Made by a program: the position numbers and the translations under genes. Below, piece after piece: positions 27,630 through 36,166 of a stretch of DNA of 64,000 nucleotides. A model generated the notes under the pieces. It had not been told where the DNA came from. It worked only from the letters and a program-made list of their open reading frames with translations, and searched no databases. Position 1 is the first letter of the stretch; each line of letters opens with the position of its first letter. The stretch lies in contig JAHFJA010000001.1 of the NCBI GenBank assembly GCA_023246095.1, positions 1,062-65,061 of the forward strand, given 5' to 3'. Source of the DNA: a bacterium. GTDB taxonomy: Bacteria > Patescibacteriota > Patescibacteriia > JACQRZ01.

Positions 27630-29399
27630 CTATTTCAGAGGAAAATTAAGAATAGTACTAAACGGTGTATCTTTTTTATATTTATCCACCGAAGAAAATA
27701 ATGCATTCAAATGAGTCTGTTTTTCAATCCCCCTCATGAGAAATGGTTTCATCGCGTGAAAACCAATAGGTGACGGCACAAGATCAAGTCCCGTATCAGT
27801 AAATTTACCTGATACAATCAATCCATACTGGGTGGTCGCCGGGGTTACTTGGTCAAAGATAAAATTACCGAGCGAATATATAATAGGACGTCCATGATAG
27901 GCTTCCATGTCTTGCACAACATGCGGGTGAGTACCTATTATGGCGTCAGCACCGGCGTCAATCCACGAATGCGCCAGGCTCTCTTGTAGTGGAGAATGTT
28001 TGAGTGCATACTCAATACCCCAATGAGGGTATATGAGCACCTTATTTGTCGGATCTTTTTTTATTGTCTTAATCTGGTCAATTAAATCTTTCTGTAAAAA
28101 AGTACTTTCATTGATGGCAAGAACGCCGATAAGGTATAAATGATATCCTTGTCCATCGACGTGCACAATCTTGATATCCTTTGTTGCGCGAGGATCACCA
28201 AACGACATAACGTTGGCATTGCGCAACACCTGACGAGAAAGCTCGAGTCCTTTTTGTTCATCATTGAGTGCATGATTATTCGCAAGACTCACAGCCCGTA
28301 AATGGAGATACTTCAACGCCGCAAGGGCTTGTTTTGGAAAAATAAATGTGAGATCACTCGCGACTTTTTTTGAAATAGAAGTTTGATCGGTGATCGCCCC
28401 TTCGAGATTGGCAAATGGCGCATCAACACCCCAAAACACTCGATCACCTAGCTCCGCAAATAGTGATTGATAATTCGAGCCAAATTTTGTTGCCACACCC
28501 CGTGCCAGCATGATATCCCCCGCCACAGTAAACGTTACGGAGTTATCAGGAACAGTAGGTTTACCTGTCTCATACCAACCAAAAACATGGGTGGTTGTTT
28601 CAATGTCGGGATTATTAAGAAGTACACCGCTATTTGTGTGACCATAGAGATTAAAATGCTTTGTATTGTGCAATGTCGCCCAACGAGAAAGTAAATAGAG
28701 CGCTTGAGGTGAGTCAACTTCCGTTTTGTTCAGTAGTGTGTCCCCATCAACATTTTCCAAGGCCCGGACAGAAACAGTATCGTGAATGTCAGATAACGCG
28801 GCTGGTTGATAATGAGAAAAATCGACCGAAGCAATCATCAGACACGAGGGGCATGTCGTATTCAGAGATATATCAAGTGAGTCAATGGTAGTTTGGGGTG
28901 CATCCTGCCTGACAATAATAGGTACGATCTGCGCGTGGGGAAATACTGCATGAATATCGGCAAGCACATAACGTATACCATGATCATCTGTCACATCTTT
29001 GGGCTGGTCATCAGCGATATGATCGCGCAACAATGCCTCAACAGTGATTTTGTCCGGTTCCATTGTTCCTTTGGCAAGCATCCATGTCTTTGTCGTTGTC
29101 TGAATAGCTGCCTTTCCTGCACTAAAATGATTCGGCGATACAATGATAACAGTCGGAGGCTCTGATTGAGCAAAAAATGCATCTCGCACGTGAGCCAAGA
29201 ACTCTTGGCGTTTTATTTTCACAATATCGTGATGAGGAATCACGATACCCGAAATACCGACGGACTGGACCGACGGTGATAGAATAATAGCAGTTGGCGA
29301 TACACCAACATTCCCTCCCCACAAATGAGTGAAGAGGGAAAAGATGGCAAAAAGTTCTTTCACGAAATTATTTTTGTAATAACCCGCCCCATTCGACAA
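27630..29399 (-). CDS. Fusion protein: N-terminal MEMO1/AmmeMemoRadiSam-B-like domain + C-terminal CapA/PGA_cap metallophosphatase domain.
   Basis: N-half: VIPHHD, IVSPNHF, ASVDFSHY. C-half: VAGDIMLARGV, ANLEGAIT, SLANNHALN, GADAIIGTHPHVVQ, SLGNFIFDQ. Confidence 0.5.
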   Translation of the reverse strand: MSNGAGYYKNNFVKELFAIFSLFTHLWGGNVGVSPTAIILSPSVQSVGISGIVIPHHDIVKIKRQEFLAHVRDAFFAQSEPPTVIIVSPNHFSAGKAAIQTTTKTWMLAKGTMEPDKITVEALLRDHIADDQPKDVTDDHGIRYVLADIHAVFPHAQIVPIIVRQDAPQTTIDSLDISLNTTCPSCLMIASVDFSHYQPAALSDIHDTVSVRALENVDGDTLLNKTEVDSPQALYLLSRWATLHNTKHFNLYGHTNSGVLLNNPDIETTTHVFGWYETGKPTVPDNSVTFTVAGDIMLARGVATKFGSNYQSLFAELGDRVFWGVDAPFANLEGAITDQTSISKKVASDLTFIFPKQALAALKYLHLRAVSLANNHALNDEQKGLELSRQVLRNANVMSFGDPRATKDIKIVHVDGQGYHLYLIGVLAINESTFLQKDLIDQIKTIKKDPTNKVLIYPHWGIEYALKHSPLQESLAHSWIDAGADAIIGTHPHVVQDMEAYHGRPIIYSLGNFIFDQVTPATTQYGLIVSGKFTDTGLDLVPSPIGFHAMKPFLMRGIEKQTHLNALFSSVDKYKKDTPFSTILNFPLK

Positions 29400-31041
29400 G
29401 AGTAAATCCGTTACGAGCAGGTGCGCTCAATATCTGCGGATCAATCGCGACAGGCGATTCGAGTCCTTTGAAGTCGAGGAAAATGCGAATCATAGTATCT
29501 GGTTTAGGAGAAACAGTGAGCGGTGCAAGGGCGTTCATATCGCGTGTGGAAAGCCATGACAGGCGGACATACGGAGTACTTGGCATTTTTGGCAACCAGA
29601 AGGCAAGGAAATCTGAGCTTTCTTTTTTATTGAGGCCCATGGTGGCGAGTTGCGATTTCAATGTAGTCTCGATATCCTTGCGAGCCACCACAAATCCCTT
29701 ATCGATGGTTGGGTAATAACCATGACCAATCCCCTCCCAAAACAGTGAATCATAGTGAGAACCATCCGCCATGGTGAGATCACCGTTTGGTTGAGCAACC
29801 ACGTTCCACCCATCGTTATATGCAGGTTCTGATTTTGTAATTGACGCATCAACACTGACACTCACTTGAGTTGTTTTTGTAGGATAGAGATACACAACCG
29901 GTTTTCCACATTCGGCAGATGGACCATATTTTGTGTTATTCAACAAAAGGTAGCGCCCAAGTTTGTCTTTAATAACCACCAGAGAGTGACTTCTTAAAAA
30001 AAGGTCATAGGTCATCTCTCCGTAGTTGCTCGGTATTTGCTCGTACAGGTTTTTCAAGAGTGGGTGATTAGTATCGCTTATTTCATAAATTGTACTGCGA
30101 TTATCATAAGCGTGCAGATCACCCCAATCTAAGGTACCTGTTTCTTTAAGAGCCGGCACTTTCCCATCAGCAAAAATACTTACATATCCTCCCATACCAC
30201 AGCCACGTGTGTTTAAGTACTGGTACGTATCTTTGTTGCTTTCAGAAGCCCCTGCCCACGTCGCGTTTAAAACGCTATCATCTCCATACAATCGCGGGGT
30301 GTACTGATACTGTTGAAGGACGCCGTCCAATTTCTTAAGGATAAAAATCTGACTCACCACCGACTCGATGTCTCCACTCGCAACCGTGTTGTACAAGATT
30401 CCATTAGGGTACGTCTTTACTTCTTTCATCACGTCTTTTACGTCACCAAGGTGCGCACCTGATAGATATTCCTCACCAACTATATCGAGGGGTACGGTGT
30501 AGGCAACATAATCCGGTGATATAATCGATGAGTATTTTTTCTCTTTGTTGATCGTTACATTACTGGCAAAACCTCCTCCTCCATAAGTGAATCCTCCTTT
30601 ATCGTCAAATCGACTGGGTGTCATCGAGCTAAGTACATCGTATGATGTATCGCTTTGCTTCACGAAATATAGAAGAAAATCATTAGTTGGATCATCTGGT
30701 GGTACGTCGGCAATAATTACTTCCTTACCGTTATCGGTACCGATTTTATAATACTCAATTGGCGATCGAACAGTTGATCCATCTAGTGAGATACTTGCAT
30801 CAATAAGCTTCAAATCACCAAGTTTCTGTGGCTCAACAAGCCACGAGACACCAGATTCCAAGATAGTCGGTTCTGGAGCAGGCGCAGCAGGTTGTTGCAC
30901 GACAGGTGTTTCCACCACCGGCGCAACGACAGGCGCAAGTGCCGTCTTTGTCTTTACCGAATAATACGTGACCCCAACACTGACGACCGCAACAGCTACC
31001 AGCCCCACAACAATGAGGAGATAACGAGATGATTTATCCAT
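29368..31041 (-). CDS. Signal-anchored extracytoplasmic hypothetical protein.
   Basis: N-terminal TM LLIVVGLVAVAVVSVGVTYY. 557 aa. Confidence 0.5.
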   Translation of the reverse strand: MDKSSRYLLIVVGLVAVAVVSVGVTYYSVKTKTALAPVVAPVVETPVVQQPAAPAPEPTILESGVSWLVEPQKLGDLKLIDASISLDGSTVRSPIEYYKIGTDNGKEVIIADVPPDDPTNDFLLYFVKQSDTSYDVLSSMTPSRFDDKGGFTYGGGGFASNVTINKEKKYSSIISPDYVAYTVPLDIVGEEYLSGAHLGDVKDVMKEVKTYPNGILYNTVASGDIESVVSQIFILKKLDGVLQQYQYTPRLYGDDSVLNATWAGASESNKDTYQYLNTRGCGMGGYVSIFADGKVPALKETGTLDWGDLHAYDNRSTIYEISDTNHPLLKNLYEQIPSNYGEMTYDLFLRSHSLVVIKDKLGRYLLLNNTKYGPSAECGKPVVYLYPTKTTQVSVSVDASITKSEPAYNDGWNVVAQPNGDLTMADGSHYDSLFWEGIGHGYYPTIDKGFVVARKDIETTLKSQLATMGLNKKESSDFLAFWLPKMPSTPYVRLSWLSTRDMNALAPLTVSPKPDTMIRIFLDFKGLESPVAIDPQILSAPARNGFTLVEWGGLLQK

Positions 31042-31127
31042 AAAGTCAGAAAGATAAGAATAGTACTGTTACTATAGTCATTTTTGGGTTAGATAGCAAG
31101 AAGGTACTATCCAGCAATAACAATAAT

Positions 31128-31457
31128 TTGTGCTACTATAATCTTACTTATAATGAACTATTACATATGGATGCCCTCACTTTAAAAAAACATCTGAATG
31201 AAGGAGCTAGTATCTTACTGTTAGATGTCAGAGAAGCAGCTGAATACGAGCAAAGCGATAAAATAGAAGGTTCTATAAACATACCGATGACAAGAGTACT
31301 TGCCGAAGTAAATATGGGAACAATACCAAAAAACATGCCGATAGTTACGATATGCAGAAGTGGCGCCAGAGCCGAGATGGTTGCACAAGTACTTAAGCAA
31401 AAAGGCTATAATATAGAATCACTTGAGGGCGGAATGGATGCGTGGAGTGAAGTATAA
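31128..31457 (+). CDS. Single-domain rhodanese-like sulfurtransferase.
   Basis: LLDVREAAEY...CRSGARA active-site Cys loop. Confidence 0.75.
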   Translation: MCYYNLTYNELLHMDALTLKKHLNEGASILLLDVREAAEYEQSDKIEGSINIPMTRVLAEVNMGTIPKNMPIVTICRSGARAEMVAQVLKQKGYNIESLEGGMDAWSEV

Positions 31458-31514
31458 GGCCGTGGTGGAGTGGGGGCAAAAGAAAAGAGGGTTGAATACA
31501 CCCCAAAATAGTTA

Positions 31515-31853
31515 TTAGGCGATCGGAATTTGCTTCAAAAATTCAAGCGTCGCTTTTACAGAAAGATTATCGGTATGCAAAAAATGAAGTTTATTACCCC
31601 ATTGCTCTGCCAAGGGTGTAACAAATTCATCCGCCCAAGAAGGTGTAAGTACTTTAACACCTTCAAAATCAAGTTCAATCATGTCTGCTTCATCCTTTGA
31701 AGGAAATATATATGCCTGCGCGGACAGATACGCCTCTTTTCCTGATGGACGGGAAGAAAGAAAATCACCAAAATTTTTCATTATAATTTTCATAGATATC
31801 AAAACGTTAATATGGCAACCATACCCTTCAATCCATCGTCCGCCATTGTGCAT
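31515..31853 (-). CDS. STAS-like DUF4325-type small protein (likely partner of the adjacent GHKL kinase).
   Basis: ELDFEGVKVLTPSWADEF motif. Probable true start at MKIIMKNF. Confidence 0.4.
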   Translation of the reverse strand: MHNGGRWIEGYGCHINVLISMKIIMKNFGDFLSSRPSGKEAYLSAQAYIFPSKDEADMIELDFEGVKVLTPSWADEFVTPLAEQWGNKLHFLHTDNLSVKATLEFLKQIPIA

Positions 31854-32374
31854 GCAGACGCACTGGCGTCAATCACATACGTACCACAACCTGAACGATA
31901 TTCTAACTTCCATTGTTGTTCTTGCACAACCTTTGCCACGAGTTTTAAACCATTGCCTCGTCGTTCTGGGGCACGGCCAGAAAGAGTCTCAGTAAAAGCC
32001 ACCGTCAACGCTTCGCAATCATCGGCAATACTGGGTCGAACCTGACGCAGAGTAGCGAGAATTCCTTGGCCTCGGTCAGCAATTACCACCATCCTTTGAT
32101 CGGCATTATATACAAAATACGCACCTCTTTCATCGCGCCAATTACCAAGATTGTGATCAAACGTATTATTCCCTATCTCACCTATCACAAGTCCAAGAAG
32201 ATATGCATTCTCGCCAATGGAACGATCACTGGCACACTCAATAACTAATTTATCCGCTCTTGCTTGAAAAATATCCCGCGTAGGACAATGCTCGTCAGGC
32301 AACAAAAAACCCACACCATTATCCATAGAAACCCAATCAAAGGCTTTTTGAATTTGCGGAATCAGTTCTTTCAT
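31799..32374 (-). CDS. GHKL/HATPase_c-type ATP-binding protein (anti-sigma-factor/serine-kinase-like).
   Basis: IGEIGNNTFDHN (N-box), ADRGQGI (G1), GNGLK (G2). Confidence 0.5.
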   Translation of the reverse strand: MKELIPQIQKAFDWVSMDNGVGFLLPDEHCPTRDIFQARADKLVIECASDRSIGENAYLLGLVIGEIGNNTFDHNLGNWRDERGAYFVYNADQRMVVIADRGQGILATLRQVRPSIADDCEALTVAFTETLSGRAPERRGNGLKLVAKVVQEQQWKLEYRSGCGTYVIDASASACTMADDGLKGMVAILTF

Positions 32375-32488
32375 ATATGGTCAATCTATCACAGAGCTCC
32401 CATAATTTCAAGCAATAACCAGAATAAATGGGTCGGAAATAGGGGGTTTTAAGCAACTAACAGCCAATGAACCTAATTTGTACACGCT

Positions 32489-32812
32489 TTATGTAATGTC
32501 CTTTTGTATTGTGCCAAAAGAGAATTCTGGGATGTGAACTTTTGCAGGTATTTCGTAGTAAGACCCTTCCACTCTTTGAATATATGCGTATCGAAGTAAT
32601 CGGCCGTACTTATCCTTATCTCCTTGAGTATGATCGCTTTCAAGGCGCACTTTTTTATTCAACAGCATCTCTTTTGCCTTGTTTGAAGCCTCCTTGCCAA
32701 AACATTGGACAGTCTTGCGAGGGTCAACCGTCTCTGGTGTGTCGATACCGATAGAACGTGGAAGTCGAAAACATACCCCCAAAACCGAGCGCAAGCGCCA
32801 GCGGAGTGACAA
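32489..32812 (-). CDS. Thermonuclease (SNase-like) domain protein, probably frameshifted at its N-terminus.
   Basis: LPRSIGIDTPE...YGRLLRY core. A signal-peptide-like MMNQIVTPLALALGFGGMFS is in a different frame immediately upstream, at a G5 run at 32767-32771. Confidence 0.5.
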   Translation of the reverse strand: MSLRWRLRSVLGVCFRLPRSIGIDTPETVDPRKTVQCFGKEASNKAKEMLLNKKVRLESDHTQGDKDKYGRLLRYAYIQRVEGSYYEIPAKVHIPEFSFGTIQKDIT

Positions 32813-32914
32813 TTTGATTCATCATAAGGTAGAGAGATTAACCCCCATTCTGCATTATACGGTGTATCTGATCGATACTTCTTTATACCCACTTCCAATA
32901 TAACACTCCTCTCC

Positions 32915-34135
32915 TTAAAACGTTATTTTCTCCTCCCGATATCGAGTACGTTCCTTATTGGGTGACCGGAGTCGGAAATAGCGCGAAGGCATTTTTACGT
33001 GAAGTAGCGCTGATATTTTTTCTATCATTTGCAAAAATTCTTTGTTGGGCGTTTCAAAAGGAAAATTCAATTGCAGATCGATGGAATTTGTATTCTCTAA
33101 CAAGAGAATTATGCCGCTCTCCTCGATGAAATCAAATGGTTTTAATACGTTGGATATTGGCGATAAATGCTTCCAGCGAAAGTTCAAATAACAAGTAATC
33201 CACGATACGCAATCCCTCGTATATTCTTGACCATGAGCCGTATTTGCATATTTAGGAAATGGCTTCTCAGCTTCAAGAAAATCAATGCACTGTTCAAGCA
33301 TACTAAAAGGCAGTTGCCAATTTAGCTGTGAACGAAGAGGGCCTTTACTTATGAATTTTGGTTCTCCAAATAGAGCGATTGCCCTCTTGCATAGGGGTTT
33401 TGTGCTTTGGCCATTTGTATCTTTATCAGTTTCCACTATATGGAACTGAACTGCCTCGCTGTCGTCAACGAGGGTAGCAAATTCTTCAAAAAATGTATCC
33501 AATTCTTTGATTAGTTTCTTCTTATCACGCATATATACCGCCTGAAATCCATCCGCATGAGTGCTATAAGTGAGAAACGTAGGGAACGTATATTGGAATG
33601 GCGCAGGATTTTTGACGTTCAAGAAAAATTCCAGTCGTGCACCGTGTAATATCGTATTAAATCTAGCCCCATTCTTTAATTTATATCCATCAAGATCGGA
33701 AGGAGACCGTAACACTGTCTTTATGGCTTCAGCAGTTTTCAATTCATAAAGGCTTGGCAAAACATGCTCTGTGAGCGCATTCTTCAATCTTTGAATACTT
33801 TCCTTTTCGGTACAGTTGTAGATTTCGAATATCTCAATAGCTTCCTTTCGAAGCATTACCTCTTCCGCGCGTGCTCTCATATGACATTCATACTCATGCG
33901 GCCATTCAGGGACGGTGACTAATGTCACTGGCGGAAGACATCGAATATAGACACTCGCATTGAGATAATGGCTACCTCCGATACCCGTCTGAAAATTTAC
34001 AATAAGTATTGTTTCTGGAGTATGAAGATACCATGTCGAAGCGATTTTTTTGAATCCCTTTGGCTTCAATACTTCATGAATAGCTTGACGATACTTGTTG
34101 TGAATTGGGTCTGATGCCATATATATGCTGTACAT
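32915..34135 (-). CDS. Hypothetical protein, DUF4304-like N-terminus.
   Basis: 406-aa ORF; N-terminus IHNKYRQAIHEVLKPKGFKKIASTWYLH. Confidence 0.35.
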   Translation of the reverse strand: MYSIYMASDPIHNKYRQAIHEVLKPKGFKKIASTWYLHTPETILIVNFQTGIGGSHYLNASVYIRCLPPVTLVTVPEWPHEYECHMRARAEEVMLRKEAIEIFEIYNCTEKESIQRLKNALTEHVLPSLYELKTAEAIKTVLRSPSDLDGYKLKNGARFNTILHGARLEFFLNVKNPAPFQYTFPTFLTYSTHADGFQAVYMRDKKKLIKELDTFFEEFATLVDDSEAVQFHIVETDKDTNGQSTKPLCKRAIALFGEPKFISKGPLRSQLNWQLPFSMLEQCIDFLEAEKPFPKYANTAHGQEYTRDCVSWITCYLNFRWKHLSPISNVLKPFDFIEESGIILLLENTNSIDLQLNFPFETPNKEFLQMIEKISALLHVKMPSRYFRLRSPNKERTRYREEKITF

Positions 34136-34209
34136 TCAAGTGTTACTACGTTATTGCTGATAATACTGGCAGCTTCCAGGGTGAAAAGCAAATAATGTAC
34201 AAGGAAAGA

Positions 34210-34872
34210 TTAGATTTGGATAAAGTATCCAACACAACGAGAAACCTTTGCTACTTCCGTTCCACTGAGGGTGGTATTTCTATTTGTGAGCCATTTAGAG
34301 AGCTTATCTTTACCAAAGACTTTTTCAATACACTTCTTGGCACCTGATTTTTGACTGTTATAAAACGAATAGAACGTATCGCTTTGAGAAATTGCCGTGC
34401 TCACCGGCTTGATCATATCCGTAACAGAGCTTTTTTTATTTTTTTTGCTAGTCGCACTGGTTTTTTTTACTGACGTCGACAACACAGTCTGAACACCAAC
34501 TCCAAGTTTCTTTCCTTCACGTAATAACAATTTCCATGTGGTCGGTCCCACATATCCATAACCAGTACTATCAGCTGTTCCTTGACACGCAATATCGTGT
34601 GCACACTGAAAACGCTTGAGTGCCGCAAGAGTGCCAGAGCTGAATGTGTCGGTTTCATGCCCCGGTGACCCTTCACCTGTTCGTGAAATAATAAACCCAT
34701 CGTTATTTAGTATTTTTTGCAGCACCATGACCTCAGAACCTCGTGTACCTATACCCATTCCTGACGAGGCGGCATATACATTTTGCCCAAGTGCTATCGC
34801 ACAGATTATGACAATAATAACCAATAAACGGCCCATATAGAGTAGTAATAATTTCACCATACAGTCTATCAC
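34210..34872 (-). CDS. Secreted protein with a peptidoglycan-binding (PG_binding_1-like) domain.
   Basis: Signal or anchor. GSEVMVLQKILNNDGF...GTLAALKRFQ. Confidence 0.5.
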   Translation of the reverse strand: MIDCMVKLLLLYMGRLLVIIVIICAIALGQNVYAASSGMGIGTRGSEVMVLQKILNNDGFIISRTGEGSPGHETDTFSSGTLAALKRFQCAHDIACQGTADSTGYGYVGPTTWKLLLREGKKLGVGVQTVLSTSVKKTSATSKKNKKSSVTDMIKPVSTAISQSDTFYSFYNSQKSGAKKCIEKVFGKDKLSKWLTNRNTTLSGTEVAKVSRCVGYFIQI

Positions 34873-34944
34873 TTTCCTTGTATATCAAAAACACCCCAAA
34901 GTGTTAGTAAATAAAGCCGACCCAGCATTCTGAATTCTCGCCGT

Positions 34945-35907
34945 GTGCGCTATAATAACTACATGAAAAAGATTAGTCTTACAGCCATAGTGACCGCGAG
35001 TATCATTCTACTTATGGGTGTAAGTTTTCTCTATCTCAAGAAAAAAGAAATCGCATCGCCAAACAACATTGCCTGTACCCAAGAAGCAAAGCAATGTCCC
35101 GATGGTAGTTATGTTGGTCGTACAGGGAAAAATTGCGAATTTACTGATTGCCCCGCTATAGCACCCAAAACAATACCACCAACCCCGCAACAACCACCCT
35201 CAACACCGCCCCCTACACCAGTGCCAACACCAGTGCCCTTACCTAAACCAGCCCCAACACCAACACCTCCCCCAAGCGGAGTAAGTGAATGCACATCAGA
35301 CAAAGACTGTCCCTCGTCGCTCGTTTGTCACGCCGGCACGTGTACTGAACCGATAACTGCTCAGTGTAGTGGACCTGACGACACGAGCTGTTCCCCTGGT
35401 TATCGCTGTATTCAGAGCTGCGGCCCTCCTGTTGCAAGAATAGGAGACCCTCCCCCACCATATTATTGTGAACTCGAAGAAGTAGCCTCAAAACCTCGCA
35501 ACTGTCCTATTTGTTTAGCCTCAAACACAGAAGTTGCTACACCAACCGGTAATCATAATGTCAAAGATATAAAAATGGGAATGCTTATATGGTCGCTTAA
35601 CAAAAATGGAGAAAAGGTTGCAAGTACCGTAATAAAAATATCACACACTCCTGTTCCAAGAACACATCGAGTAATACATCTTACACTTTCAGATAAAAGA
35701 GAAGTATGGGTATCACCTAATCATCCGACTGTAGATGGCAGAACGATTCAAGAACTACAGAAGGGAGACCTGTATGATAGATCATACGTTCAATCGACAG
35801 AGCTGATTCCTTATTGGGATACCAATACCTACGACATCCTATCAGATAGCGATACTGGTTATTACTGGGCGAATGGAATTTTATTAGGAAGCACACTTAA
35901 AAAATAA
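34945..35907 (+). CDS. Membrane-anchored Cys/Pro-rich protein with a C-terminal Hint (Hedgehog/intein-like) domain.
   Basis: TM anchor. PTPxP linker. Cys-rich modules. Hint block CLASNTEVATPTG...VSPNHP...YWANGILLGS. Confidence 0.55.
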   Translation: MRYNNYMKKISLTAIVTASIILLMGVSFLYLKKKEIASPNNIACTQEAKQCPDGSYVGRTGKNCEFTDCPAIAPKTIPPTPQQPPSTPPPTPVPTPVPLPKPAPTPTPPPSGVSECTSDKDCPSSLVCHAGTCTEPITAQCSGPDDTSCSPGYRCIQSCGPPVARIGDPPPPYYCELEEVASKPRNCPICLASNTEVATPTGNHNVKDIKMGMLIWSLNKNGEKVASTVIKISHTPVPRTHRVIHLTLSDKREVWVSPNHPTVDGRTIQELQKGDLYDRSYVQSTELIPYWDTNTYDILSDSDTGYYWANGILLGSTLKK

Positions 35908-35964
35908 ACAAAGATCACCACTCTTTGCAATGATGACTCTCTTGGTAGAGCTATCGTACATTGT

Positions 35965-36011
35965 CTTCCCATGGGCAACAGGTGGTCAACGATTAGACAC
36001 CGAGTGGGGAG
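35965..36011. repeat. Direct-repeat copy 1 (~45 bp, imperfect) flanking the dsRBD module.
   Basis: cttcccatgggcaacaggtggtcaacgattagacaccgagtggggag vs 41045-41086. Confidence 0.6.
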
Positions 36012-36028
36012 ATGAAGATACGCGAAGA

Positions 36029-36064
36029 TAAAAAAATTCTACTGTTTTTACAGTAGAATTTTCA
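36029..36064. terminator. Bidirectional rho-independent terminator between convergent genes.
   Basis: Perfect 10-bp stem aattctactg / cagtagaatt with loop ttttta. A-run 5' and T-run 3'. Confidence 0.7.
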
Positions 36065-36166
36065 ATTATCCTCCTTTCTTCAAATAACAATTATCATATT
36101 TCAGTCGACTTCTTCCGATTCAATATTCTGTGAAAAAATCCGATTGGAAATTCTTATCATCTCCCC

